Assembly (NCBI GenBank): GCA_031254175.1
Contig: JAIRUY010000139.1
Location: 1-35,866 of the forward strand
Source of the DNA: Treponema sp.
GTDB taxonomy: Bacteria; Spirochaetota; Spirochaetia; Treponematales; Breznakiellaceae
Direction: 5' to 3'
DNA: 35,866 nt
Shown: positions 19,145 to 28,301 of the stretch, in pieces
How positions within the stretch are numbered: the first letter of the stretch is position 1
How the letters are laid out: each line of letters begins with the position of its first letter
Made by a program: the position numbers and the translations under genes
Notes under the pieces: generated by a model
Database searches by the model: none
Told to the model about the DNA's origin: nothing
What the model saw: the letters and a program-made list of their open reading frames with translations, nothing else

Positions 19145-19299
19145 AAGGGCTGCTGCTGCTCTTTTATAATTAACCACGAATAGACACGAATAATAGAAAA
19201 AGTTAATTTTAGTTATTTTTGATTTAAACGCTTGTTTCTGGTAAAATTAAGAAAAATTTTCATGATGGTTAGTTTTTTCTATGATATAATCTACAATTA

Positions 19300-20850
19300 A
19301 TGGCTAAGAATAAATGGCTGAAGCTGGTCTTTTCAAGAAGAACTCTTGTTATCTTTACCCTTCTTGCACAAATATTCCTTACCATTTTTATTGTGGCCAG
19401 CACAAGTATGTATTTAAAATATTCATACTGGTTTCTTATTTTTTTAAGCGTCATTGTCTGCATTTACGTAATTAATAAACGTGAAAAGGCCGGTTATAAA
19501 CTTACATGGATTTTCATCATTCTGTTGTTCCCGATTTTTGGAGGAGTTTTATATATCCTGCTTAATTTCTGGTCTAATCCGAAAAAATTAAGAAGATCAA
19601 TTGATCGCAACATAAGAGACAGCCGGGAGGCTTTTCATCTTCCGGGAAACTGTTTTGATGAATTGATAGATTCTCATCCGGACTTTAAAACCCAAGCGCA
19701 TTACCTGCAGAAATATGCCGGCTTTCCGGTTTACGGTAATACAAAACAGGAATATTTGCCCTCAGGAGAAGCGTTTTTTTACAAAGTGATGGAAAAAATG
19801 AAAAAAGCCCAAAAATATATCTTCCTGGAATTTTTTATCATAAAAGAAGGGATGATGTTTAATTCAATTTTAAAGATACTGGAAATGAAGGCCGCCGAAG
19901 GTCTTGATATCCGGATAATATACGATGATCTCGGCTGTTTTTTTACCCTTCCGCCTGATTTTCGGGACAAACTGGACATGAAAGGAATTAAAACTTTTGT
20001 TTTTAATCCGTTCAGGCCGATCGTTTCTTCTTTGCAGAATAACCGCGATCACAGAAAAATTATTTCGATTGACGGAAAAGTCGCATTTACAGGCGGACTA
20101 AACCTCGCTGATGAGTATATCAATGTCGTGGAACGTTTCGGGCACTGGAAAGATTCAGCTGTGATGCTTGAAGGAGACGGAGCGTGGTCTTTAACCCTCA
20201 TTTTCCTGCAAATGTGGAACCTGAGCACAAAAGAAAAAGATGATTATTCTGTTTTTTATTCCGGAGAAGAAAGGGAAGAACACACAGATGAAGAATTAAA
20301 AACGTGGGGTTATGTACAGCCATACGCGGACAATCCGATTGACGTTGAAAATGTCGGAGAACATGTTTACATTCAAATAATAAATCAGGCAAAAAATTAT
20401 GTTTATATCAATACGCCTTATCTGATTGTAGATGACAACCTGTTGTCAGCGCTCATGCTGGCTGCAAAAAGCGGAGTGGATGTACGCATTATTACCCCGC
20501 ACCGGTGGGATAAATGGATAGTCGCAATTACATCCCGCTCATATTATATGCGGCTTATTCAGGCAGGCGTGAAAGTTTATGAATATACATCCGGCTTTAA
20601 TCACGGAAAAACATTTGTCTCTGATGACAAAATCGCCACTGTCGGAACAACCAATCTGGATTTCCGCAGCCTGTATCTTCACTTTGAATGCGGTGTGTTA
20701 ATTTATTCAAGCAAAACGATAATGGCAATTAAGGAAGATTTTCTGGAAACAATGCCTTCATCAAAAGAAATGACAATCAAAGACTGTGCCAAGAATTCTT
20801 TCCAGCGGATTATTCAGGATTTACTGCGTATCTTCGCTCCATTGATGTAA
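19300..20850 (+). CDS. cls: cardiolipin synthase
   Basis: N-terminal TM helices; two HKD motifs (HRKIISID, HGKTFVSD); NLDFRS; extended -10 TGaTATAAT at 19282-19290. Confidence 0.92.
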   Translation: MAKNKWLKLVFSRRTLVIFTLLAQIFLTIFIVASTSMYLKYSYWFLIFLSVIVCIYVINKREKAGYKLTWIFIILLFPIFGGVLYILLNFWSNPKKLRRSIDRNIRDSREAFHLPGNCFDELIDSHPDFKTQAHYLQKYAGFPVYGNTKQEYLPSGEAFFYKVMEKMKKAQKYIFLEFFIIKEGMMFNSILKILEMKAAEGLDIRIIYDDLGCFFTLPPDFRDKLDMKGIKTFVFNPFRPIVSSLQNNRDHRKIISIDGKVAFTGGLNLADEYINVVERFGHWKDSAVMLEGDGAWSLTLIFLQMWNLSTKEKDDYSVFYSGEEREEHTDEELKTWGYVQPYADNPIDVENVGEHVYIQIINQAKNYVYINTPYLIVDDNLLSALMLAAKSGVDVRIITPHRWDKWIVAITSRSYYMRLIQAGVKVYEYTSGFNHGKTFVSDDKIATVGTTNLDFRSLYLHFECGVLIYSSKTIMAIKEDFLETMPSSKEMTIKDCAKNSFQRIIQDLLRIFAPLM

Positions 20851-20876
20851 TCGGGCAATTTTTATTATATTTATGT

Positions 20877-21998
20877 ATGGCAAGTATATTCGATTATTTA
20901 ACATGGAGAGGCGATCTGGATTTTAATCAGTCTCCGCCAAACCCCGTTGATTATGCTATATTCTCCCAAATATCCTACCTTCCATTTGACGGCATCGTTC
21001 CCGGTCCGGGTGAAAAAGAAGGGATCAGCCTCTATCTTGCCTTAAACGCATTGATGAAAAAACTTGAAAACAACAAACATGCGAAAAAGCCGGTATTTAT
21101 GTTCAGGGAAGATCCAGATTTTATCACCGCTCTTGCCTCTTCAAATCGTTTCAAAAACTGCCATCTTATCGGTTACGTTAATCATATAAATGCTGAACGG
21201 CAGATTCAGTTTTCCGCGGTATGCGTAAATACAGGAGACGATTCCTTCTCAGTAATTTTCCGCGGAACGGATTTGTCGTTTGTAGGATGGAAAGAAGACT
21301 TTAACATGGCTTTCAGCGAAATAATTCCCTCTCAGATTGAAGCGGTAAAATATCTGGAAAATATGGCAACCATGGTAAAAGGAACGTTACGCATCAGCGG
21401 TCACTCAAAAGGCGGAAATCTCGCTGTTTTTTCCGCATCGCGCTGCAGCAAAAACATTCAAATGCGTATAACAGATATTTACAGTTACGACGCGCCCGGG
21501 TTTCACAGAAAAGTTTTCGACAGCGAAGGTTATTCTTCCATTAGAGACAAAATACATTCATATATCCCGCAAACATCCATTGTCGGCATGGTTCTGGAAC
21601 AAGGCTGTGATTATACAGTAATTCGAAGCTCTGAGACCGGCCTTATGCAGCACTCGCTCTTTTCCTGGGATGTAACCCATAACGATATGATTCATGTTGA
21701 TGATGTTTCTGTAGGCAGCCGCTTTGTGGACAAAACATTAAAGGAATGGCTTGGCAGCCTTGATAATGACCAGCGTGAAAAGTTCATTGAAGCTATTTAT
21801 GCAATTTTGAGCAAATCAGAAGTAAAATCAATTAACGAACTTGAAAGCTCGTGGTTAATATCTGTGGGACGGATAATGAAATCTCTCGGCGACATTGATG
21901 CATCTACAAGAAGATTAATCCTGAATACAATTGCAGAGCTGTTCCGTTCTGCAGGGCGTAATATTGACACCTTGTTTAACAGGAAAACCAGTGATTAA
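20877..21998 (+). CDS. DUF2974/Mbeg1-like alpha/beta hydrolase (putative lipase)
   Basis: DYLTWRGDL, FRGTD...GWKEDF, GHSKGG nucleophile elbow, DAPGF. Confidence 0.85.
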   Translation: MASIFDYLTWRGDLDFNQSPPNPVDYAIFSQISYLPFDGIVPGPGEKEGISLYLALNALMKKLENNKHAKKPVFMFREDPDFITALASSNRFKNCHLIGYVNHINAERQIQFSAVCVNTGDDSFSVIFRGTDLSFVGWKEDFNMAFSEIIPSQIEAVKYLENMATMVKGTLRISGHSKGGNLAVFSASRCSKNIQMRITDIYSYDAPGFHRKVFDSEGYSSIRDKIHSYIPQTSIVGMVLEQGCDYTVIRSSETGLMQHSLFSWDVTHNDMIHVDDVSVGSRFVDKTLKEWLGSLDNDQREKFIEAIYAILSKSEVKSINELESSWLISVGRIMKSLGDIDASTRRLILNTIAELFRSAGRNIDTLFNRKTSD

Positions 21999-22908
21999 AA
22001 AACCGCTATCTGAAAAAATTAAGGCTCTTGCCGCAATAATCAGCGTTGTTTTATTCTGGGGTTTCTCTTTTATTTCGATAAAAGTAACCGTAGCTGTTTT
22101 TCAGCCCATGTCGCTTGGTATGCTTCGCTTTGGAATAGCCATTATTTTTCTTTACATACTCAAGCAAAAACTCGCGCCTTCGGAAAAATTGCGTTTAAAA
22201 GACATTCCTCTGCTGATTGCCGCAGGCTTTGTGGGAGTTACACTTTACTTTTTTTTCGAAAACAACGGCATATATCTTGTAAGCGCTTCCGAAGCATCTA
22301 TCGCAATAGGTTCTATCCCCGTTCTTACCATGATAGCCGATGTTGTTTTTGAAAAAATCAAAGCCAAAAAAAACAGGATGCCGCAAGCGCAGAGCCGCCC
22401 CGGAATACAGCAATGGCTCGGGTGTTTTATTTCTATTGGCGGAGTAATATTGGTAGCGGGGGTCTCTTTTGTTATTTCAGGGAGTATCCGGGGTTATATT
22501 TATATGTCAGGCGCTGCTCTGAGCTGGGTATTTTATTCTTTTCTGACAAGGGCATTGTTTACCCGCTGTTCCAGAATATACATTGTGTTCTGGCAGAGCG
22601 TGGCAGGATTTATTATGTTTATTCCATTTTCTTTTCATGAGTTTTCCAGATGGGGAAATGCCGATGCGGAAGTTATCATTCATTTGTTTTTCCTTGCCAT
22701 ATTTTGTTCCGCCCTTGGATACTGGTTATATGTTTACGCTTTGGACAAACTCGGTGTTTCCGTCTGCGCGATTTTCATCAACCTGATTCCTGTTGTTACA
22801 GTTATTGCCAGTTTCATCATGTTAGGTGACAGGCTCTCTTCTTTGCAATGGCTTGGCGCAGGGCTTGTTATTGCCGGAGTCTATTTGACAATGATAAGGC
22901 ATAGATAA
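21991..22908 (+). CDS. DMT/EamA family transporter
   Basis: About 10 TM helices in two EamA repeats (FWGFSF...LRF; SALGY...NLIPV); start set at GTG 21991 after AGGA. Confidence 0.85.
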   Translation: MIKKPLSEKIKALAAIISVVLFWGFSFISIKVTVAVFQPMSLGMLRFGIAIIFLYILKQKLAPSEKLRLKDIPLLIAAGFVGVTLYFFFENNGIYLVSASEASIAIGSIPVLTMIADVVFEKIKAKKNRMPQAQSRPGIQQWLGCFISIGGVILVAGVSFVISGSIRGYIYMSGAALSWVFYSFLTRALFTRCSRIYIVFWQSVAGFIMFIPFSFHEFSRWGNADAEVIIHLFFLAIFCSALGYWLYVYALDKLGVSVCAIFINLIPVVTVIASFIMLGDRLSSLQWLGAGLVIAGVYLTMIRHR

Positions 22909-22914
22909 TATAAT
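22885..22914 (+). promoter_or_regulatory. consensus sigma-70 promoter for xth, leaderless geometry
   Basis: TTGACA-18 nt-TATAAT, 6 nt before ATG 22921; no SD. Confidence 0.7.
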
Positions 22915-22920
22915 GATCCC

Positions 22921-23697
22921 ATGCGCATTATTTCATGGAATGTTAACGGTATCCGCTCGTTAGAAAAGCGCGGGTTTACCGATTGGCTGGTAAAAGAAAA
23001 CCCCGATGTTCTGTGCCTGAATGAAACAAAAGCCGAACCCGGACAGCTCTCATCTGCTCTTTTAAACCCGCCTGTTAAAGGACCGGCCTACTCTGTTTTT
23101 TGGGCAAGCTCAAAAAGAAAAGGATATTCCGGCGTGGCGATTTATACAAAAAAAAAGCCGGATGATGTGCGTTTTATGAATAAGCCGGAATTTGACAATG
23201 AAGGACGCGTCCTGATTGCAGAGTACAAAGATTTTTCCCTGATAGCGGCCTATTTCCCGAATTCGCAGTATGAGCGAAAGCGGATAGATTATAAACTTGC
23301 CTTTAATGACGCAATGTTAAAACTTTGTAATTCCATTGTAAAAAAAGGCCGGCATTTCCTTCTTTGCGGCGATTTTAATGTGGCGCACACGCCCATTGAT
23401 ATTGCGCGTCCAAAAGCAAATGAAAACAGCCCCGGATACCTCCCAGAAGAGCGCGAGTGGATGGACAAGTTTACCGCGTCCGGCCATGTTGACACATTCC
23501 GTCATTTTCATCCGGGAGAGCCGGGACATTACACATGGTGGTCTTATATGGGGCAGGCGCGCAGAAATAATGTCGGATGGAGACTTGATTACCACTGTGT
23601 AGACAAAAACTTTTTATCAAAAGTAAAATCGTCTATTATAAGAGCCGAAGTCGAAGGTTCCGATCATTGCCCTGTGGAGATAACGCTTGATATATGA
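22921..23697 (+). CDS. xth: exodeoxyribonuclease III / AP endonuclease
   Basis: SWNVNGIR, GDFNVAH, YTWWSY, GWRLDY, GSDHCP. Confidence 0.95.
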   Translation: MRIISWNVNGIRSLEKRGFTDWLVKENPDVLCLNETKAEPGQLSSALLNPPVKGPAYSVFWASSKRKGYSGVAIYTKKKPDDVRFMNKPEFDNEGRVLIAEYKDFSLIAAYFPNSQYERKRIDYKLAFNDAMLKLCNSIVKKGRHFLLCGDFNVAHTPIDIARPKANENSPGYLPEEREWMDKFTASGHVDTFRHFHPGEPGHYTWWSYMGQARRNNVGWRLDYHCVDKNFLSKVKSSIIRAEVEGSDHCPVEITLDI

Positions 23698-24257
23698 GAA
23701 TAAAGTACAATGCCCCGACAATTCTTACTTTCACATTGTTATGCGCCATTATAATGCTGTTGTCGCAAACGTTGATTCCGAACCTAAACCTGTACTGGTT
23801 TACAGTTCCGGGAAAAAACAATTTCCATCTAAGCAGCTTCAGAAACTGTGTTACGCTTTTTACTCACATCATGGGACATGTCAACTGGTCTCATTTGAAC
23901 AGCAATTTTACATTGATACTTTTAATCGGCCCCATGCTGGAGGAATACTACGGTTCTGCAGACCTGCTTATAATGATAATCATTACAGCCATAGCCACCG
24001 GCGTGCTTAATGTTCTTTTCTTTAGTACAGGACTCCTTGGCGCTTCCGGCGTAGTATTCATGATGATTCTGCTTTCTTCTTTTACAAATTTTTCCAAAGG
24101 CGAAATTCCTCTGACATTTATTCTTGTTATGATACTGTATATTGGAGTAGAGCTTTATAATTCATTAAACAGTGACAGTATTTCCCAATTTGCGCATATT
24201 ATCGGAGGACTGTGCGGCAGTCTCTTTGGATTTTTGCGCCCGGTGAAAAAGGCATAA
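23694..24257 (+). CDS. rhomboid-family intramembrane serine protease
   Basis: H...HL..N motif, GASG catalytic Ser, AHIIGG catalytic His, 6 TM. Confidence 0.88.
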   Translation: MRIKYNAPTILTFTLLCAIIMLLSQTLIPNLNLYWFTVPGKNNFHLSSFRNCVTLFTHIMGHVNWSHLNSNFTLILLIGPMLEEYYGSADLLIMIIITAIATGVLNVLFFSTGLLGASGVVFMMILLSSFTNFSKGEIPLTFILVMILYIGVELYNSLNSDSISQFAHIIGGLCGSLFGFLRPVKKA

Positions 24258-24268
24258 AGGAACGGTAT

Positions 24269-24880
24269 ATGAAAAAAGAATTTCTTCAGTTTGATACGGT
24301 GCGGGATAATGCAATCAAACTTGCGCATCAGATTTACAGCGAAGGATTTGTGCCCGACGTAATTTATGTTTCATTGCGCGGCGGAGCGTATCTTGGCAAT
24401 GTAATCAGCGAATATTTCAAGGTCGTTCATAAGGGGCAGCACCCGGTATATTATGCGGCAGTTGTCGCCCGCTCCTATACTGATGTAGCGAAAGCGGAAA
24501 AAGTTAAAGTCGACGGCTGGACATATTCGCCGGAACATTTGCGTGTCGGAGACAAGGTATTACTTATTGATGACATTTTTGATTCAGGCAGAACAATCAA
24601 TCATCTGGCACAAATAATTATTGACAAGGGAATTCCCCGCACAGATTTAAAAATCGCAGTTCATGACTATAAATATTTTTTTGACAAAGAGAAACAGCTT
24701 CCAATTCAGCCGGACTACTGGTGCCGCAAACATGAATTTTCAATACATGACGAAAGTACATGGATACATTATATGAGCCATGAGCTCGTCGGCCTGACAG
24801 AAACAGAACTTGAAAATTCTTACTACAAGCATGATCCTTCCCTGCAGGATGTTATGAGCATCATTGCTGAACAAGATTAA
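24269..24880 (+). CDS. type I phosphoribosyltransferase
   Basis: LRGG and PRPP-binding VLLIDDIFDSGRT; start ATG 24269 after AAGGA. Confidence 0.85.
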   Translation: MKKEFLQFDTVRDNAIKLAHQIYSEGFVPDVIYVSLRGGAYLGNVISEYFKVVHKGQHPVYYAAVVARSYTDVAKAEKVKVDGWTYSPEHLRVGDKVLLIDDIFDSGRTINHLAQIIIDKGIPRTDLKIAVHDYKYFFDKEKQLPIQPDYWCRKHEFSIHDESTWIHYMSHELVGLTETELENSYYKHDPSLQDVMSIIAEQD

Positions 24881-25455
24881 TGAGTAAATATTTAATCTGC
24901 GGTATTGATGAGGCAGGCCGCGGTCCGCTTGCAGGACCTGTCTGTGCCGCCGCTGTAATATTAAACGATGATTTTCCCCGCACATCATTAAATGACTCCA
25001 AAAAACTTTCCGCCCGGCAGCGCGAAGAATTGCGGCGGCAGATTTGCGAAAACGCGCTTGCCTGGGGTATCGGCATGGCTTCGCATGAAGAAATAGACAG
25101 TATAAATATTTTACAGGCAAGCCTGCTTGCGATGAAACGCGCATTCGAAAAAATGATGAGCAAAAGCCCGTTTCTTTCAGATGAAAATATTAGTGCAATT
25201 ATTGACGGCAAATTTGTTCCGGACATTCCCGTTCTCAGCAGAGCAATGGTAAAAGCAGACGCGGAAATTCATGAGGTAATGGCGGCTTCTATCATTGCGA
25301 AAACCGAGCGGGACAATTATATGGAGAAAATGGCATTGCTTTATCCTCAATACTGTTATGAAAAACACAAAGGTTATCCGACAAAATTACACCGCGAACT
25401 TGTAAAGAAATACGGCCCTTCACCAATTCAGCGCATGAGCTTTAGCGTACGATAA
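24880..25455 (+). CDS. rnhB: ribonuclease HII
   Basis: GIDEAGRGPLAGP, DSKKL, AASIIAK, HKGYPT. Confidence 0.96.
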   Translation: MSKYLICGIDEAGRGPLAGPVCAAAVILNDDFPRTSLNDSKKLSARQREELRRQICENALAWGIGMASHEEIDSINILQASLLAMKRAFEKMMSKSPFLSDENISAIIDGKFVPDIPVLSRAMVKADAEIHEVMAASIIAKTERDNYMEKMALLYPQYCYEKHKGYPTKLHRELVKKYGPSPIQRMSFSVR

Positions 25456-25501
25456 ACAAACAGAACACTTCTAAAAATACATTAAAGTTTTTTTGGTTCC
25501 C

Positions 25502-26035
25502 TCATTCGTATTTCTTTACTACCAGCCGCTTTGGTTTGCGTGTCTTGTGATCTGGTCTTCCGCTCCGGTCATAAGAATTATTCGTTTTTAAACCCTCACG
25601 GCGTTTATCATCAAAACGTCCTTTTGAAGAATCCCGCCGCCCGGCATTACCGCCTCTTGCAGTCTGAATCTTTGGACGTCTTCCTTCATCACGTTTTTGA
25701 AACGATTTTACGTTTGCGCTTTTTGGTGAACCGCCTTCCCCGGCTTTAGCCTGAGAACCTTTTGCATTATGCGCATTGCTGAATGACCCTGACCGCTTTT
25801 TTCCACGCGCTTCTTTTTCAAGCACTCGAAGAGATTCGTCAAAACCTTTCAGAAATTCCTGCAAATCATCGGCAAACAAAATCACCGACTGGCGTTCAAA
25901 GCCGCCATTATCCCGGTTTTTGCTCTCTACAATGTTAAGATAAAGATCTCCCATGCGATTTTCCTTAACATTAAAAAAATATGTCCTGTTCGCCAGGGCA
26001 ACTTTGCTGGAAAAAATTTCTCCGCGTACACCCAT
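25502..26035 (-). CDS. PUR-domain (DUF3276, BpuR-like) nucleic-acid-binding protein with long basic tail
   Basis: EIFSSKV...RTYFFNVKENRMGDLYLNIVESK...FERQSVILF; C-terminal half R/K/G/S-rich. Confidence 0.8.
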   Translation of the reverse strand: MGVRGEIFSSKVALANRTYFFNVKENRMGDLYLNIVESKNRDNGGFERQSVILFADDLQEFLKGFDESLRVLEKEARGKKRSGSFSNAHNAKGSQAKAGEGGSPKSANVKSFQKRDEGRRPKIQTARGGNAGRRDSSKGRFDDKRREGLKTNNSYDRSGRPDHKTRKPKRLVVKKYE

Positions 26036-26037
26036 CA

Positions 26038-26167
26038 ATAACCCCTTTTACGCCGCGCAAGCGGCGAATTTAATCGAAGGGCTCCGCACAGGCGGAGACC
26101 ATAACCCCTTTTACGCCGCGAGAGCGGCGAATTTAATCGAAGGGCTCCGCATCAGCGGAGACCATAA
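26038..26167. repeat. tandem direct repeat 2 x 63 bp, each unit with two GC-rich hairpins
   Basis: Units 26038-26100 and 26101-26163 are identical except in the two 4-nt loops (GCAA/GAGA and ACAG/ATCA). Confidence 0.95.
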
Positions 26168-26171
26168 AACA

Positions 26172-28088
26172 TTAACAAACATCTGCTTCTTCTATCATGC
26201 GGCGCTGCCATTTTAACAAGTCACGTTCCATCTCATCTGCTTTTACAATGCCGCCTTCGGCAGCGTCCACAAGCCTCCCTTCGGCCGGCGTGTGAGAGGA
26301 AATTGATTCTAAAGCGCCGCTGAAAGCGGCGTCCACATCTGCCATTATGCGAAAAACAGGTTCTGTGGCGGAACCTCTCATCCAGATATAGGCGATTTCC
26401 TTTCCCTTTTCATCAAAAAAACATATTTTAAAGCCGCCTCTGCCGGCTTCCCCGAACCGGGACAAGCGCCGCTTTTCCGTTTGTCCGTTATACGCAACTG
26501 CTTCCCAGTTGTATATGCCATAACGGGCTCTTAATTCATCTTTTCGCTCTTCCCACTCCCGCAAAAACACTTCCTTGTATCTGTCTTTCAGCAACGCATG
26601 ATCTTCCGTTTTTACGCAAAGGACAGCATCCTTTGAATATGCGGGAGTGCTGGAAAAATCCGGCAGACTTGCGATAATATCGGCAAGAGTGTAATCAGGG
26701 CGGTATTTTTCCAATTGCCCCGAACGCGCGCACCAAATTTCAAAAAGCCCTTTTTTTTCAGCATTTGAAGAAAGCGCAAGAAATTTTACAAGTGCAAGAA
26801 CCGTGTTGATTGGATCGCGTACTGCAGAAGGATGAGTAATATTTCCGCCCGCCGAACCTTCGCCCAGAATCCGTACCAAATATCCATCCTGACGCAGAGC
26901 GCGGGCAAGCCCTACTACATTGGCCTCGCCAACCTCGGCGCGGAAAACCGAAACATCAAAAGCTTCGGCAATCCGGTCAATGCGCATGGAAGTCGGATCA
27001 TTGACAACTACAGCCGCTTTTATAAGAGCCTTTCCGGTATCATCATAGGCAAGTTCGCCCGTCCAAACAAGGTGTGAAAGTTCCGCAGCGCAGGCAAGAG
27101 CAAAAACTTCCTGAGCCTCAAGAGCGCGTGCCTTGCCAAGCGTTTCGTCCCATATTACAAGGTTCCCCCTGTCGCCGTCACAATCAGGCACAAACCCGAG
27201 CATAAATGACGCATCTTTTGCATGGGCTTCTTCAAGCAGCTGCCGGCAGGGCTCAAGAGACTCGCCTTCCGGCACTATACGGTGAACAATTTGTCCCGGT
27301 TCAGAGTTGATGCTTATAAACTTTAATCCCAGAGCGGAAAAATATTCTCTGTCAATGGATACTGTCCTTGCGCTGCCGTTAAAATCACAAACTACACCAA
27401 GCGGTTGTTTGACAAGGCTGTTTTTCAAAGTGGCAGCAATGGAGGCATTTCCGCCTAACGCTACATCACTGCAAAAATTATAGTAGGTATTACGGGCTTC
27501 GTTTTTTGCATCCGAAAGACGCGAGAAAACATCCTTTGTTTTACCTGAGTCCGCGGCTGAAATAAGCGCTTCAATTTTTTCAATACAATTACCGCTTTTA
27601 AAAAAAGATTGGAAATTCGTTATAAGTTTTGTGGATTCTTCAGCCGACAATACTCCTCCGTCAGTAAGGCCGAATTTTATACCGTTATGACCGATTGGAT
27701 TATGACTCGCAGAAATATAAATAAAACCGGACGCTTTTTCATTGTTCCTTGCCCATGCCATAATTTCAGGAGCGGCAGTAATACCCGCGTAAGAAACATC
27801 ACATCCTGCAGCCAGCAAAACAGGAATCATCGCATCAACAATGGCTTTCCCGGTGGGACGGGTATCGGTTCCAAGTAAAATTAAGCAAGAATCAACATCT
27901 GAAACATGAGAATTTTGCAAATATTCGGCGAAAATTAAGGCTGCTGCTGCAGAAATTAATCTATGGGCCGAAGAAATTTGCTCATGCTTATCTTCTTCAC
28001 CGCCGCCGGCCGCAAAGACTCCCCTCCAGCCTGATGCTGAAAGTATCATCTTATCCAGAACCGCAGTTATTTCTTTAATATCAGCCAT
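26172..28088 (-). CDS. phosphoglucomutase/phosphomannomutase family phosphohexomutase
   Basis: ISASHNP phosphoserine motif, PDCDGDR metal loop, RGSATEP. Confidence 0.88.
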   Translation of the reverse strand: MADIKEITAVLDKMILSASGWRGVFAAGGGEEDKHEQISSAHRLISAAAALIFAEYLQNSHVSDVDSCLILLGTDTRPTGKAIVDAMIPVLLAAGCDVSYAGITAAPEIMAWARNNEKASGFIYISASHNPIGHNGIKFGLTDGGVLSAEESTKLITNFQSFFKSGNCIEKIEALISAADSGKTKDVFSRLSDAKNEARNTYYNFCSDVALGGNASIAATLKNSLVKQPLGVVCDFNGSARTVSIDREYFSALGLKFISINSEPGQIVHRIVPEGESLEPCRQLLEEAHAKDASFMLGFVPDCDGDRGNLVIWDETLGKARALEAQEVFALACAAELSHLVWTGELAYDDTGKALIKAAVVVNDPTSMRIDRIAEAFDVSVFRAEVGEANVVGLARALRQDGYLVRILGEGSAGGNITHPSAVRDPINTVLALVKFLALSSNAEKKGLFEIWCARSGQLEKYRPDYTLADIIASLPDFSSTPAYSKDAVLCVKTEDHALLKDRYKEVFLREWEERKDELRARYGIYNWEAVAYNGQTEKRRLSRFGEAGRGGFKICFFDEKGKEIAYIWMRGSATEPVFRIMADVDAAFSGALESISSHTPAEGRLVDAAEGGIVKADEMERDLLKWQRRMIEEADVC

Positions 28089-28301
28089 AACAATTCAGTG
28101 TAAACTATTCCCTCACATTATTCCAGTAAACTTCTCCCACAAAGCTATGTATCAATTATAGAAAATAAGGCCATTTGTTGCATAAAACAATAGTTTTTAT
28201 AGATGCCCAAAATTTGGAAAAATAATATTTTTTTCATAAAAAGGATGTATTTTGGCCACTTTGTATTATTTATATTTTACTCAGATAAGGAGAGAAAATA
28301 T

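Noticed and set aside
26038-26167. CRISPR array
   Set aside because: Only two contiguous units, variable parts are 4 nt, no spacers and no cas genes.
25953-26216. 87-aa + strand ORF with duplicated peptide NPFYAA.AANLIEGLR..GDH
   Set aside because: By-product of the 63-bp (multiple of 3) repeat; antisense to and overlapping two real genes, with no SD.
28168-28182. Second sigma-54 promoter (AGGCCATTTGTTGCA) upstream of the AraC pair
   Set aside because: GG-GC spacing is 9 nt rather than the required 10.
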